This document shows positions 28,024 to 36,535 of a DNA stretch of 64,000 nucleotides, piece by piece; position 1 is the first letter of the stretch; every line of letters begins with the position of its first letter. The position numbers and the translations under genes were made by a program. The notes beneath the pieces were generated by a model that was not told where the DNA came from, searched no databases, and worked only from the letters and a program-made list of their open reading frames with translations. This DNA comes from a virus, in the IMG/VR virus record IMGVR_UViG_3300023196_003249, positions 1 through 64,000 of that record; one strand, 5' to 3'.

Positions 28024-28374
28024 TTAAGTGTTGTCCATATGAAAATGGTCACCAAAATATTCAGCATTAGCCCTAACCGCAGGGAAAGTTCTATGCCATA
28101 AACGGTTCTTGAAAAATATAAGTAGATATGACGTAGCTTCATCAATACTTAATGCGTAAAGGTTCTCTAACCTAACATAAACAGAATCAAGCTCAAATAT
28201 GATTTTCTCAATTGAACTCTTATTCCCTGATATTATGAAATTACGTATATACTCACACCATACGATTTCCGTGTCAAATTTACCGACTTTAGCAGCCGAA
28301 AGACACTTCTCGCTTATGGTTATGTGGATATGCATTTCCAAATCAGTTTCAATTATGTATTTACTTTCTTTCAT
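28024..28374 (-). CDS. hypothetical protein
   Basis: ORF with a TAtaTTTG box upstream on the minus strand. Confidence 0.5.
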   Translation of the reverse strand: MKESKYIIETDLEMHIHITISEKCLSAAKVGKFDTEIVWCEYIRNFIISGNKSSIEKIIFELDSVYVRLENLYALSIDEATSYLLIFFKNRLWHRTFPAVRANAEYFGDHFHMDNT

Positions 28375-28452
28375 CGTTATTTACATTTAATGCAAATATA
28401 CTATTTTTTTCATTATGAAACAAATATTTATATAATATAATTATCAAAAACT

Positions 28453-28716
28453 ATGGCACAAAGTCTAAATAATATGCTCGAAAAATTCTTATCAAACGAA
28501 TTCCCAGTGAAAAGGGTGAAAAATAATTTGGGTAAGTGGTCAAGGGTCATGATTATAACCGGAGGGTATATTCGAAATACTAAAAAAATCTATAACTATA
28601 ATAAAAATTTAGATAGAAATTTGATTGCCGCAGACCTTACTTTAGTACTAGTATATGTGTTCGCTTGTAGAAAGAGTGAAGCACTAAATGCAGTGCTAGA
28701 ACATATAGATGGTTAA
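28453..28716 (+). CDS. hypothetical protein
   Basis: Lone plus-strand ORF in a minus-strand block. Confidence 0.4.
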   Translation: MAQSLNNMLEKFLSNEFPVKRVKNNLGKWSRVMIITGGYIRNTKKIYNYNKNLDRNLIAADLTLVLVYVFACRKSEALNAVLEHIDG

Positions 28717-28994
28717 TCACAACAATCACACCCATCAACACATTCCTTACAAGCCAACCTGTCATTCAAAAACTCAGTCAATGTGAAGTCAACATTATGA
28801 GCCTTACTAGCCGTCTTACCTAAAATGTAATACCTAAATAATAAGTATAATAACATTATACCATGAGTGATAGTCCCAAATATAAAAAAAGGGTCGAATA
28901 TGATACAATATACTTGACTTAATATCATCAGAACTAAAAATATCTTATAAGCCGATACAGCTTTATCTACTTTTCTTTTTTTTACTTTACACAT
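28713..28994 (-). CDS. membrane protein with Cys-rich C-terminal tail
   Basis: Two TM helices and a CKECVDGCDCCD tail. Late-like motif 11 nt upstream. Confidence 0.45.
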   Translation of the reverse strand: MCKVKKRKVDKAVSAYKIFLVLMILSQVYCIIFDPFFIFGTITHGIMLLYLLFRYYILGKTASKAHNVDFTLTEFLNDRLACKECVDGCDCCD

Positions 28995-29005
28995 TATATT
29001 CAGGA

Positions 29006-29020
29006 TTTATTAATAAATAT
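29006..29020 (-). promoter_or_regulatory. late-like promoter motif ATATTTATTAATAAA
   Basis: Consensus copy. Confidence 0.4.
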
Positions 29021-29056
29021 CTTGCCATTCTGGTAAATTTTAAGTATCTTTACATT

Positions 29057-29521
29057 ATGATAATAAATACTTTTGAAAAATTTAATATAGACCTAATCAC
29101 TGGTGAAGCTGGTGAAGACGTAGTAAGAAAATTACTTGAAGATAACCAATACTCATTCATATCAAATAATAAAGATTATAGATACGATATTATTATGGAA
29201 CGTAATGGTAGACAAAAAAAATTTGAAATTAAAACCGATACCTTCTGTAAACCTAATGATGATTCAGGTAACCTATTCGTTGAAAATGAATGTAGAGGTA
29301 AAGAGTCTGGAATCATGGTTACCGAAGCAGATTGGTTCGTAACATATTATCAATACCTAAACGAAATATGGTTCATACCACCAAAAAAACTTATAAACAT
29401 TTGTTGTTATAATCTAGGGATAAGAGATATAGCAAGTGGTGGTGATTTTGGCTCTAATACCAAAGGTAAACTAGTGCCAAGAGAAAGATTTAGAAATCAG
29501 TTTATCGTAGTTAATCTTTAA
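29057..29521 (+). CDS. PD-(D/E)XK nuclease-fold protein (Hjc/restriction-endonuclease-like)
   Basis: GEAGEDVVRKLLEDN..YDII..KKFEIKTD fits the G..GE..V..L, D and ExK core. Confidence 0.55.
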   Translation: MIINTFEKFNIDLITGEAGEDVVRKLLEDNQYSFISNNKDYRYDIIMERNGRQKKFEIKTDTFCKPNDDSGNLFVENECRGKESGIMVTEADWFVTYYQYLNEIWFIPPKKLINICCYNLGIRDIASGGDFGSNTKGKLVPRERFRNQFIVVNL

Positions 29522-29976
29522 ACTTCAATAGGACCCGAATCACCGAAATAATCACTGTAATTCTCATCATAACCCTCATGAGCTGGCTCTTTAAGGTTAT
29601 TTAACCTATATAATAAACTCTCAATAGCCATACGCTTATCATCAATCTTATTCTTCATAGTGTCAACGTCTGACTCATATTCATGATAATTTAACCTATC
29701 ATAATCCTCTTGACTAACAGATTGTAATTCATTAACTATTTGCTTATACGCCTTGTAAATGTAATCATTTATACTTTCAGAATTGTCCTCAAAGGTGTTA
29801 AGACTAACTTCACCACTTAATACTTGTTGAATAGAATATGATGTCAAATCATTCCAAAGCCCATTCAGTTTACTCTTAGCACTATTAACTTCCCTATAGA
29901 ATATAGATATCCTATCCGTTACCGACCCCTCGGTGATTAATTTATTTAATTGAGATTCAGTTAATTTTAATTTCAT
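29518..29976 (-). CDS. hypothetical protein with N-terminal LTESQL motif
   Basis: Starts MKLKLTESQLNKLITEG. Confidence 0.5.
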   Translation of the reverse strand: MKLKLTESQLNKLITEGSVTDRISIFYREVNSAKSKLNGLWNDLTSYSIQQVLSGEVSLNTFEDNSESINDYIYKAYKQIVNELQSVSQEDYDRLNYHEYESDVDTMKNKIDDKRMAIESLLYRLNNLKEPAHEGYDENYSDYFGDSGPIEV

Positions 29977-29984
29977 CCTTTTTG

Positions 29985-29999
29985 TTTTTATATAAATAT
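29985..29999 (-). promoter_or_regulatory. late-like promoter motif ATATTTATATAAAAA
   Basis: 8 nt upstream of the ATG at 29976. Confidence 0.35.
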
Positions 30000-30009
30000 T
30001 TATTAATAT

Positions 30010-30594
30010 ATGAAAAAACCAAAATTAACAATAGAATTAATACCTAAGACCACTCATTATACCAACGTTAGAAGTATATTGTCCCAATCAATATGGGATA
30101 AGTTAAGAAAAACGTCCTACAAAAAAGCAAACTTTAAATGTGAAATATGTAAAGAAAAAGGAACTAATCAAGGATATAAACACGACCTAGAATGTCACGA
30201 AGTATGGCAGTACACCACAAACGGTGTCCAAAAATTAAAAAAATTAGTGAGCCTATGCCCTAGATGTCACCAAGCTAAACACATAGGTAGAGCTCTAGCA
30301 ATGAAAAGAAAAACAGAAATATTTAACCATATGATGAGAATCAATAAATGGACCAAGGAAACTATAGAACTATACGTAGGCTCATGCTTTCAAGACCATA
30401 AAGAACGCTCTAAAATAAAATGGATAATCGATATCCGAATCCTAGGTGAGAAATATGGTGTCGATAAAACACTTATCAAAGAAAATATAACTCCTGATAA
30501 AAACCTTAAACCTGCCTGGAAAGCTAAACGTAAAAAAAAGAAAGCAACCAAAAAAAGAAAAGTAGCCGCAAAAAGACCTACTAAAAAGAAATAA
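30010..30594 (+). CDS. HNH-like zinc-ribbon nuclease (putative) with Lys-rich tail
   Basis: CEIC..LECHEVW..LCPRCHQAKH pattern. The C-terminus is KRKKKKATKKRK. Confidence 0.4.
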   Translation: MKKPKLTIELIPKTTHYTNVRSILSQSIWDKLRKTSYKKANFKCEICKEKGTNQGYKHDLECHEVWQYTTNGVQKLKKLVSLCPRCHQAKHIGRALAMKRKTEIFNHMMRINKWTKETIELYVGSCFQDHKERSKIKWIIDIRILGEKYGVDKTLIKENITPDKNLKPAWKAKRKKKKATKKRKVAAKRPTKKK

Positions 30595-30828
30595 TTATAA
30601 CCACTTTGGTGGCTCATTATTAGTGGTAAACCTTATAACCGCATCAGTTATTAAAAAAAGAAGTAAAACAGGTAAAGCTAATGGCCAAAGAAGACCTACT
30701 AGAAATTTAACACCAATCATAGACCAACCCTCTAACAGGTCATCCTCATCACTATCCATTCTTTTTAAAAACCATGGTAATGAATAGTAAACCGCTAATA
30801 ATATTAATATGTAAATTAATGCTCCCAT
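30595..30828 (-). CDS. small membrane protein
   Basis: Two to three hydrophobic helices. Confidence 0.45.
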   Translation of the reverse strand: MGALIYILILLAVYYSLPWFLKRMDSDEDDLLEGWSMIGVKFLVGLLWPLALPVLLLFLITDAVIRFTTNNEPPKWL

Positions 30829-30835
30829 AATTTTA

Positions 30836-31033
30836 TTATATATAATGTTTTACCCAAAATAATAGTGGAACCACTACTCCTATAAATGCAACTAACCTAA
30901 CCAAAAGAGCCGCCAATTTGTGACTTACCGTTATCTCAGCCACTAAAAAAAATAGTGAATACAAAAAGCATATCACCATCGCTATGTTTACCAATACCAT
31001 CATATGTATATCATTTATAATGCAAATATACAA
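30836..31033 (-). CDS. small membrane protein
   Basis: Hydrophobic throughout. The start is uncertain. Confidence 0.4.
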   Translation of the reverse strand: MYICIINDIHMMVLVNIAMVICFLYSLFFLVAEITVSHKLAALLVRLVAFIGVVVPLLFWVKHYI

Positions 31034-31060
31034 TTAATAATTTAATTAAACAAGTTTATC

Positions 31061-31339
31061 TTAAATAATTTTTCTGTAATCTAATATGATGTCGTAATCG
31101 GATGCCAAATGTAGTAAGGTATCATATAATCTAGGGGCTGAACCATTTATGTAAACTCCACCATTATAGCGAACCAAAGGAAATAACTCCTTATCCAAGC
31201 AAATTGAATATACATAAATAAATAAATCGTCAGTTAAGTCGGTGTAAGAATCATTACCATAATTTAAAACATAAATATCCTTCTCAATACACCTGGTTAA
31301 CGCTTTCATACGATTCTTAGCAATTAAATGATTCTCCAT
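31061..31339 (-). CDS. hypothetical protein
   Basis: The late-like motif abuts the ATG at 31339. An alternative start is Met11 at 31309. Confidence 0.45.
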   Translation of the reverse strand: MENHLIAKNRMKALTRCIEKDIYVLNYGNDSYTDLTDDLFIYVYSICLDKELFPLVRYNGGVYINGSAPRLYDTLLHLASDYDIILDYRKII

Positions 31340-31351
31340 ATTAATAAATAT
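31340..31351 (-). promoter_or_regulatory. late-like promoter motif ATATTTATTAAT
   Basis: Directly adjacent to the ATG. Confidence 0.3.
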
Positions 31352-31512
31352 CCAATAATTGTCAATTCTCTAAAAAAAATCATCCATTTTTATGTCAAAT
31401 TCAATACTTTACCAAATATATAACCTTTAACACCATTCATATATTAAACCATACCGTTTACAATCTAATTTAAATTTAAAGAAATTTTTTTTTATAATCT
31501 ATTGCAAATCAG

Positions 31513-31836
31513 TTAATTATCTTTTCGGCACTTTTCTAACTCATTTCGAATGTTATTACTGATTAAATTAGCATAAGCCTCAAACGTCATAAACATCCTT
31601 TGACCAGTACCATCCTTAGACTCGTCATTCTGTACGCAATGTAATGTCCAATCAGCAACTCGTATGTTATTAATCAATTTACGGTTTAAATAAAACATAA
31701 AAACATCTTGGAACTTCTCGTGAACCCTAATACCAAGCTCATAGGCAAGTGAGTCAGTAGATATCTCATACGTAACCTCACCACCAAGACTAGCAGTTAA
31801 ACTAGCACAAAATTCATCAATCCTGCTTAAGCCCAT
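31513..31836 (-). CDS. hypothetical protein (distant member of the ELCYLL paralog family?)
   Basis: The N-terminus IDEFCASLTASLGGEVTY resembles IELCYLLSIDLGVRVKY. Confidence 0.5.
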   Translation of the reverse strand: MGLSRIDEFCASLTASLGGEVTYEISTDSLAYELGIRVHEKFQDVFMFYLNRKLINNIRVADWTLHCVQNDESKDGTGQRMFMTFEAYANLISNNIRNELEKCRKDN

Positions 31837-32188
31837 CTAAATAATCTTTTTTGTTGGAAGTCCTAGCTCCACCAATATATTGACTCATAGCCGCATCCCA
31901 AGCTTTCTCAATGTCATCAATCGTATATAACTTCTTCTTAGGGTAAAAATCAGATAACAAATCCGGATAACAACCATCCCTATTTAATATGTTACGTTGA
32001 AAGTCATAATCCTCACCATCACCAACCCACCTTAAGTCAACATCATCAATGTCAAAACCTAACTCCTTAGATAACCTTAATAAATATAAATAAGAATCAC
32101 CCTCACCTAACTCATGGTCTTGATTGAGAATCTTACCATCAATGTAAATCCCATCCCAATCATCACTGCGTACTATTACTACTTTCAT
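31817..32188 (-). CDS. hypothetical protein
   Basis: ORF in a chain of overlapping genes. Confidence 0.5.
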   Translation of the reverse strand: MKVVIVRSDDWDGIYIDGKILNQDHELGEGDSYLYLLRLSKELGFDIDDVDLRWVGDGEDYDFQRNILNRDGCYPDLLSDFYPKKKLYTIDDIEKAWDAAMSQYIGGARTSNKKDYLDGLKQD

Positions 32189-32517
32189 ATATCCCTATTT
32201 TTAATAAACATTTCATCAAATGCCTCAACCGCCAAATCAGCGCCAGCTTTAACATCCTTTATGTTGCTATAATTACCGCTACCAGCAACATAACTGTCAA
32301 TCCATAACTTCTTCATAATCTTCTCATTCTCCCTCTCAAGCTCCCTAATCTGAGTCAATGACTCAGAACGAATATCCGTACTGTAAAAATCCAATACCCA
32401 CTCAACTACAGCCTCAACACCAGTACCATTAACCCTGTCGCTATTCTGATACTCTTCAGCCTTTTTCTTTATGTGACTAGTCAATAACTCTTTGCGTCTC
32501 TCTCTATCCATTGTCAA
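32185..32517 (-). CDS. hypothetical protein
   Basis: ORF whose C-terminus KAGADLAVEAFDEMF is similar to that of the small ORF upstream. Confidence 0.5.
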   Translation of the reverse strand: MTMDRERRKELLTSHIKKKAEEYQNSDRVNGTGVEAVVEWVLDFYSTDIRSESLTQIRELERENEKIMKKLWIDSYVAGSGNYSNIKDVKAGADLAVEAFDEMFIKNRDI

Positions 32518-32674
32518 TCATTTGAAATGATGAATAAAATGCTTCTACTGCCGCATCAGCCTTAACAGCCGATTGTACAACGTTGTAAGCCTCCTGTTTC
32601 ATTACAAAGGTAGTCCTCCATAATTTCATTGCGTTTTCCCTTTTGGCTAATGCCAATCTTTCATTGTATTCCAT
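32504..32674 (-). CDS. small hypothetical protein (56 aa), paralogous to the C-terminal half of 32185..32517
   Basis: My translation: MEYNERLALAKRENAMKLWRTTF..KADAAVEAFYSSFQMIDNG. Below the track cutoff. Confidence 0.3.
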   Translation of the reverse strand: MEYNERLALAKRENAMKLWRTTFVMKQEAYNVVQSAVKADAAVEAFYSSFQMIDNG

Positions 32675-32726
32675 ATTATTTATCTTTTATTATTATTAAT
32701 TCTTCCTTAAAATTACGAAGAAACAT

Positions 32727-32903
32727 TTATAAAACCTCACCCCAATCCGTCACCAAGTGTTCAGAAATTTCCACACATAAATTAGTAGTATTACCATTTA
32801 TTATTAAATGAGCAATATCATTATTATCTATTTTATAACTTACCTTAACTCCTAACTCATAAGTCAGAATGTAACATAACTCTATCAATGTCTCTTTAGT
32901 CAT
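32727..32903 (-). CDS. small protein, fourth member of the tandem ELCY(I/L)L paralog family (58 aa)
   Basis: My translation: MTKETLIELCYILTYELGVKVSYKID... Below the track cutoff. Confidence 0.45.
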   Translation of the reverse strand: MTKETLIELCYILTYELGVKVSYKIDNNDIAHLIINGNTTNLCVEISEHLVTDWGEVL

Positions 32904-32907
32904 AAAC

Positions 32908-33159
32908 CTATTTTATCATTACTCTTCTGGTACTTACCATATCTCTCCTAAAACTTATAAGTAACCTCTTCAATACATCATTCCAATTATAACCCAATAT
33001 ATGTACCCCATTCCTATCGTTTATTGTAGCGTAACTCCTACTATTAAATCCATCTATCGTGAAACGAACACGGTCATTAGAATACTTAACGTAATCAACC
33101 TTAACCCCTAACTCATAAGTTAATATATAACATATCTCTTTTACTGTCTCTATTGTCAT
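32908..33159 (-). CDS. ELCY(I/L)L-family small protein
   Basis: Starts MTIETVKEICYILTYELGVKVDYV. Confidence 0.55.
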   Translation of the reverse strand: MTIETVKEICYILTYELGVKVDYVKYSNDRVRFTIDGFNSRSYATINDRNGVHILGYNWNDVLKRLLISFRRDMVSTRRVMIK

Positions 33160-33419
33160 AAATAATATTCTCTTATATGGTCACCAATGAAACGAATAAG
33201 ACTCCTGAACATCTCACCCATAACAATCTCATCATCCTTCACTTCATCCGAAAGAAACCAATATACCTCACTCAACTTAGAACCAAAAATCAATGTCCCA
33301 ACATCATTAATTTCATCGTTATTATCCTTCTTAAGCCCAGTAACGTAAGTTACATTAATCCCTGTGTCTATGGTCAATAAATAACATAACTCATGTATCG
33401 TTGATATATGCATTAACAC
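33156..33419 (-). CDS. ELCY(I/L)L-family small protein
   Basis: Contains ISTIHELCYLLTIDTGINVTYV. Confidence 0.55.
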   Translation of the reverse strand: MLMHISTIHELCYLLTIDTGINVTYVTGLKKDNNDEINDVGTLIFGSKLSEVYWFLSDEVKDDEIVMGEMFRSLIRFIGDHIREYYL

Positions 33420-33700
33420 TCCTCTTTTAAATGTTCACGTATCTCTGCCATCATAGCATAAAATCTATCTGAACAAACAACCAACTCACCACTTTCAGTG
33501 TTATCATCAATAGCCCAACACTCTTTCAACCCTTCACCATCATATATCAATTGCCCAACCAATTCCTCACCATCAATATCAATGTCAGCACTAGGGTCCA
33601 ATGTAATAACTTCACATCGCTTTACCCTATGATATTTAACCCTAACCCCTAAATCAATAGATAATAAATAACATAACTCTATTATTGTACTCTCATGCAT
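33413..33700 (-). CDS. ELCY(I/L)L-family small protein
   Basis: Starts MHESTIIELCYLLSIDLGVRVKY. Confidence 0.55.
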   Translation of the reverse strand: MHESTIIELCYLLSIDLGVRVKYHRVKRCEVITLDPSADIDIDGEELVGQLIYDGEGLKECWAIDDNTESGELVVCSDRFYAMMAEIREHLKEEC

Positions 33701-33704
33701 AAAA

Positions 33705-34058
33705 TTATAAATTACTTATTACTTCCCTAATGATTCCATCAAACTTTACTCGCTCACCATCCGTTAACTCAGAATCAATAGCACTCATACTTCGTAAATC
33801 ATAAACACTTATCATTTTACTATTATCCTTGCTCTTCTTCACAGGGACGCTCTGTACGCCACTCTTTTTCTCTTTTGATGTGTCACCACCTAAATATTCA
33901 TAAAGCTCCAACAAAGGTATCTTAAGCGTTCCTCCGCTTCTATCTCCTTTTAATTTTAACTCTATACTCTGGTCTGCACAAATACTAACCATAAGATTCT
34001 TATCATTTACCTTATCAGTACTCTCCCTAACTAAATTCTTATTTAATATTGTAGCCAT
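33705..34058 (-). CDS. hypothetical protein
   Basis: ORF in the operon-like chain. Confidence 0.5.
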   Translation of the reverse strand: MATILNKNLVRESTDKVNDKNLMVSICADQSIELKLKGDRSGGTLKIPLLELYEYLGGDTSKEKKSGVQSVPVKKSKDNSKMISVYDLRSMSAIDSELTDGERVKFDGIIREVISNL

Positions 34059-34060
34059 AT

Positions 34061-34243
34061 CTATCCTTTTAATATTTTTTCTAAATCCTCTTTTAACTTC
34101 CTATTGGTAGAAACAACTTCGAATGTATTGGTTAATAGAAATGTCTTACCATCTATAGTAACTTCCTCATTTAATTTAATATTACCAAATTCCTTTCTAA
34201 TCCTCTTGGCTAATAAACTTACCTTTGGTTCCATATTAAGCAA
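34061..34243 (-). CDS. hypothetical protein
   Basis: Short ORF in the chain. Confidence 0.4.
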   Translation of the reverse strand: MLNMEPKVSLLAKRIRKEFGNIKLNEEVTIDGKTFLLTNTFEVVSTNRKLKEDLEKILKG

Positions 34244-34547
34244 TAAGCGTTAAATCTTCTATTGTTCGTAAACTTTCAGAACCATCATACTCCTCAACTT
34301 CAAAGGCAGTACCAACAGGTAACCAAAGAATTATTAAATCTTCCGCACCACCACAGTAAACACCTTCTATACCTAAATTCTCTTCTAACCATTCTTCAGT
34401 TATATCACCACCTTTATCTTGAGATACCATCTCAACTAATTTAGGACTAAATAATAATTCTTCATTACTATTCCAACTATACCAACCAGCTCCAAAACCT
34501 GGAGATATTAATACCGCCACATTACCATCCCTAATCACTTTATCCAT
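34236..34547 (-). CDS. hypothetical protein
   Basis: ORF in the chain. Confidence 0.5.
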   Translation of the reverse strand: MDKVIRDGNVAVLISPGFGAGWYSWNSNEELLFSPKLVEMVSQDKGGDITEEWLEENLGIEGVYCGGAEDLIILWLPVGTAFEVEEYDGSESLRTIEDLTLIA

Positions 34548-34549
34548 AC

Positions 34550-35038
34550 CTATATCTTTTTATTATTTAAACTTACAAACAACTTTGCATGCCTACTCCT
34601 ATCTATAGCAATACTCTCTAAAATATGGTCACTACCACCAGCACCATCATCAACATGAAGAATATTGCATAAACTAATACTATACCCATCATCAACATAG
34701 ATAGCATCACTACCATAAATCCGTAAGATAGACATAATAAAACTATCATAATCAAACATTAAATCTAAACAATAACGCTCCCAAATAGCCATGTAACCAT
34801 CAATGCAATCTTTTATTATTATATGAGTGCCATTTATTGAAGGATGCTCTATGATATAAGCCTCCAACTTATCATCCATAACATCTAATAACATATCATT
34901 TAACTCCATAGCAATAATCTTAGGATTATCCCCAATAATCTCATAGGTAATATCACTTAAATCATCAACAAAACTAATTGTGAAATTAGCCTTGGAATTA
35001 TCTTTAATGTTTCGCTGATAATGCCTAATAGTTTCCAT
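34550..35038 (-). CDS. hypothetical protein
   Basis: ORF in the chain. Confidence 0.5.
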   Translation of the reverse strand: METIRHYQRNIKDNSKANFTISFVDDLSDITYEIIGDNPKIIAMELNDMLLDVMDDKLEAYIIEHPSINGTHIIIKDCIDGYMAIWERYCLDLMFDYDSFIMSILRIYGSDAIYVDDGYSISLCNILHVDDGAGGSDHILESIAIDRSRHAKLFVSLNNKKI

Positions 35039-35272
35039 CTATATAAACATTATAAATAATAAACCTACAATCAAAGCCACCAACACAAAACGTTTACTCC
35101 TAAACTTATAATAACCTATCTCTCCACCATTACCCAAAGCAGACCTACCATATGTACCAAAACTACCCTTACCAAAGGATATCCACTTATACCAAAAATC
35201 CCTCCATCCAGTTTTAACCCCTACGAAAAATCCTGTAGGTTCTTTATCATCATAATAATCTCGGTGTGCCAT
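35039..35272 (-). CDS. small protein with C-terminal TM helix
   Basis: Start moved to MAHRDYY, because the TAtcTTTG box (35294-35301, minus strand) lies inside the longer ORF. Confidence 0.5.
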   Translation of the reverse strand: MAHRDYYDDKEPTGFFVGVKTGWRDFWYKWISFGKGSFGTYGRSALGNGGEIGYYKFRSKRFVLVALIVGLLFIMFI

Positions 35273-35404
35273 ATAATTCAGTTTTATTTTAAGCAAAGAT
35301 AGTCATAATAATCCATATAGACAAACTATTAACAAAAAAATTATAAAAAAATATTTTTAACCATAGACACATAACCCTTTTTTTGCTCGAAAAATTAGAA
35401 AAAA

Positions 35405-35510
35405 ATTTGTCACACAGGTCCGACCGCCACCTGTGGGCAGCGCCAGGGGGCCTATATAAGAGGGGTAACGGGGCCAGGGGTACAGAGGGGAGCCCTATGG
35501 GAGGGGTGCT
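35405..35510 (+). other. G-rich island: 7-bp hairpin plus seven G3-5 tracts (G-quadruplex-type motif)
   Basis: CACAGGT(35413-19)/ACCTGTG(35429-35). G tracts at 35446-50, 35462-65, 35470-73, 35477-80, 35487-90, 35499-501 and 35503-06. Confidence 0.5.
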
Positions 35511-35643
35511 CTTAGAAACGCTTATATGGATTATGGATTTTCTCTATATTGTAATGGTCGTACTATAAGAAAATTCGATAATAACTTTTTACTATGTTAT
35601 AAATTTATACTATCGATAAATACAATAGGCTAAAATTGAGCAC

Positions 35644-35676
35644 AAAAAAAGGTATAAACTTTTACATTTATACCTT
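35644..35676 (-). terminator. rho-independent terminator AAGGTATAAA..TTTATACCTT + T7 (minus)
   Basis: 10-bp stem after the stop of 35696..36457. Confidence 0.7.
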
Positions 35677-35695
35677 TGCTTTTTATCCGATATTT

Positions 35696-36457
35696 TTAAA
35701 TATCGATAGCCAATTCAGAACCATCAAATTTTCGTTTGTAAGCACTTATTAAGTCAGCACGACCAATTATATAGTTTCTGTATTTAGTACTCTTAAAACC
35801 TAATTTAAAGAAGTCTTGAGCGATAACCAAAGCACCATTTTTAGTTTCTTTTACTTTTCCTTTCGTAATTACTTTTTTACTTTCAGTTTTAGCATAAATG
35901 TAAATAGTTTCGTTTGCCTTATGAAATTTTATCGTATTGTTAATTGGCTCGTATGTTTCAGTTTGTGCTTTTGAATATACACTTGCAACTTTAATACTTC
36001 TATCTAACTGCTTTTCGCCAATTCTAACAACTGAATTATACGCTTTCTCGTATGCTTGATACATCAAGTCCTCTGTAAATTTATCACTGCTTAAAATAGC
36101 CTTAAAATGATTAATAGTACTTTCTTTAGCATTATTTTCTATTAAGTAGTTTATTTTAGATTTGATAAAACTTTTAATTGAAATTGTAAAGGTATTAAAA
36201 TAAGTATGAATATTTAAGTCTTTCAATCCTTTCAAGTCTTTATCCATTGCATTGGCATATCTAAAGTTTAAATTTACTTTATGGTTTGCAACTTCGCCAC
36301 TTGTTTTAGCCGTATAACTGTTTACGTATGCAAATGCGTTACCGTTTTCGTTTTCCGTAGTTACCATAAGGAAATTTAATAAGTCTACTGAAAGTCCTGT
36401 TTTCTTTGATGTTTTGTTTACGTCATTCATAATATTGAGATATTTTAAGGTTTGCAT
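35696..36457 (-). CDS. hypothetical protein
   Basis: 253-aa ORF, the last gene of the leftward block before the divergent switch. Confidence 0.6.
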   Translation of the reverse strand: MQTLKYLNIMNDVNKTSKKTGLSVDLLNFLMVTTENENGNAFAYVNSYTAKTSGEVANHKVNLNFRYANAMDKDLKGLKDLNIHTYFNTFTISIKSFIKSKINYLIENNAKESTINHFKAILSSDKFTEDLMYQAYEKAYNSVVRIGEKQLDRSIKVASVYSKAQTETYEPINNTIKFHKANETIYIYAKTESKKVITKGKVKETKNGALVIAQDFFKLGFKSTKYRNYIIGRADLISAYKRKFDGSELAIDI

Positions 36458-36535
36458 AGTTGCTTACCGAGTGCAATATACAATGCATTATTAGATAAAC
36501 AATACTTTTTTTCGTTTTTTTTTAATTTATTTTTG

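Noticed and set aside
35383-35568. ORF 35383..35568 (+) over the G-rich element
   Set aside because: It has a TTG start and a Gly/Arg-rich translation forced by the G tracts. It runs against the surrounding gene direction and has no promoter box.
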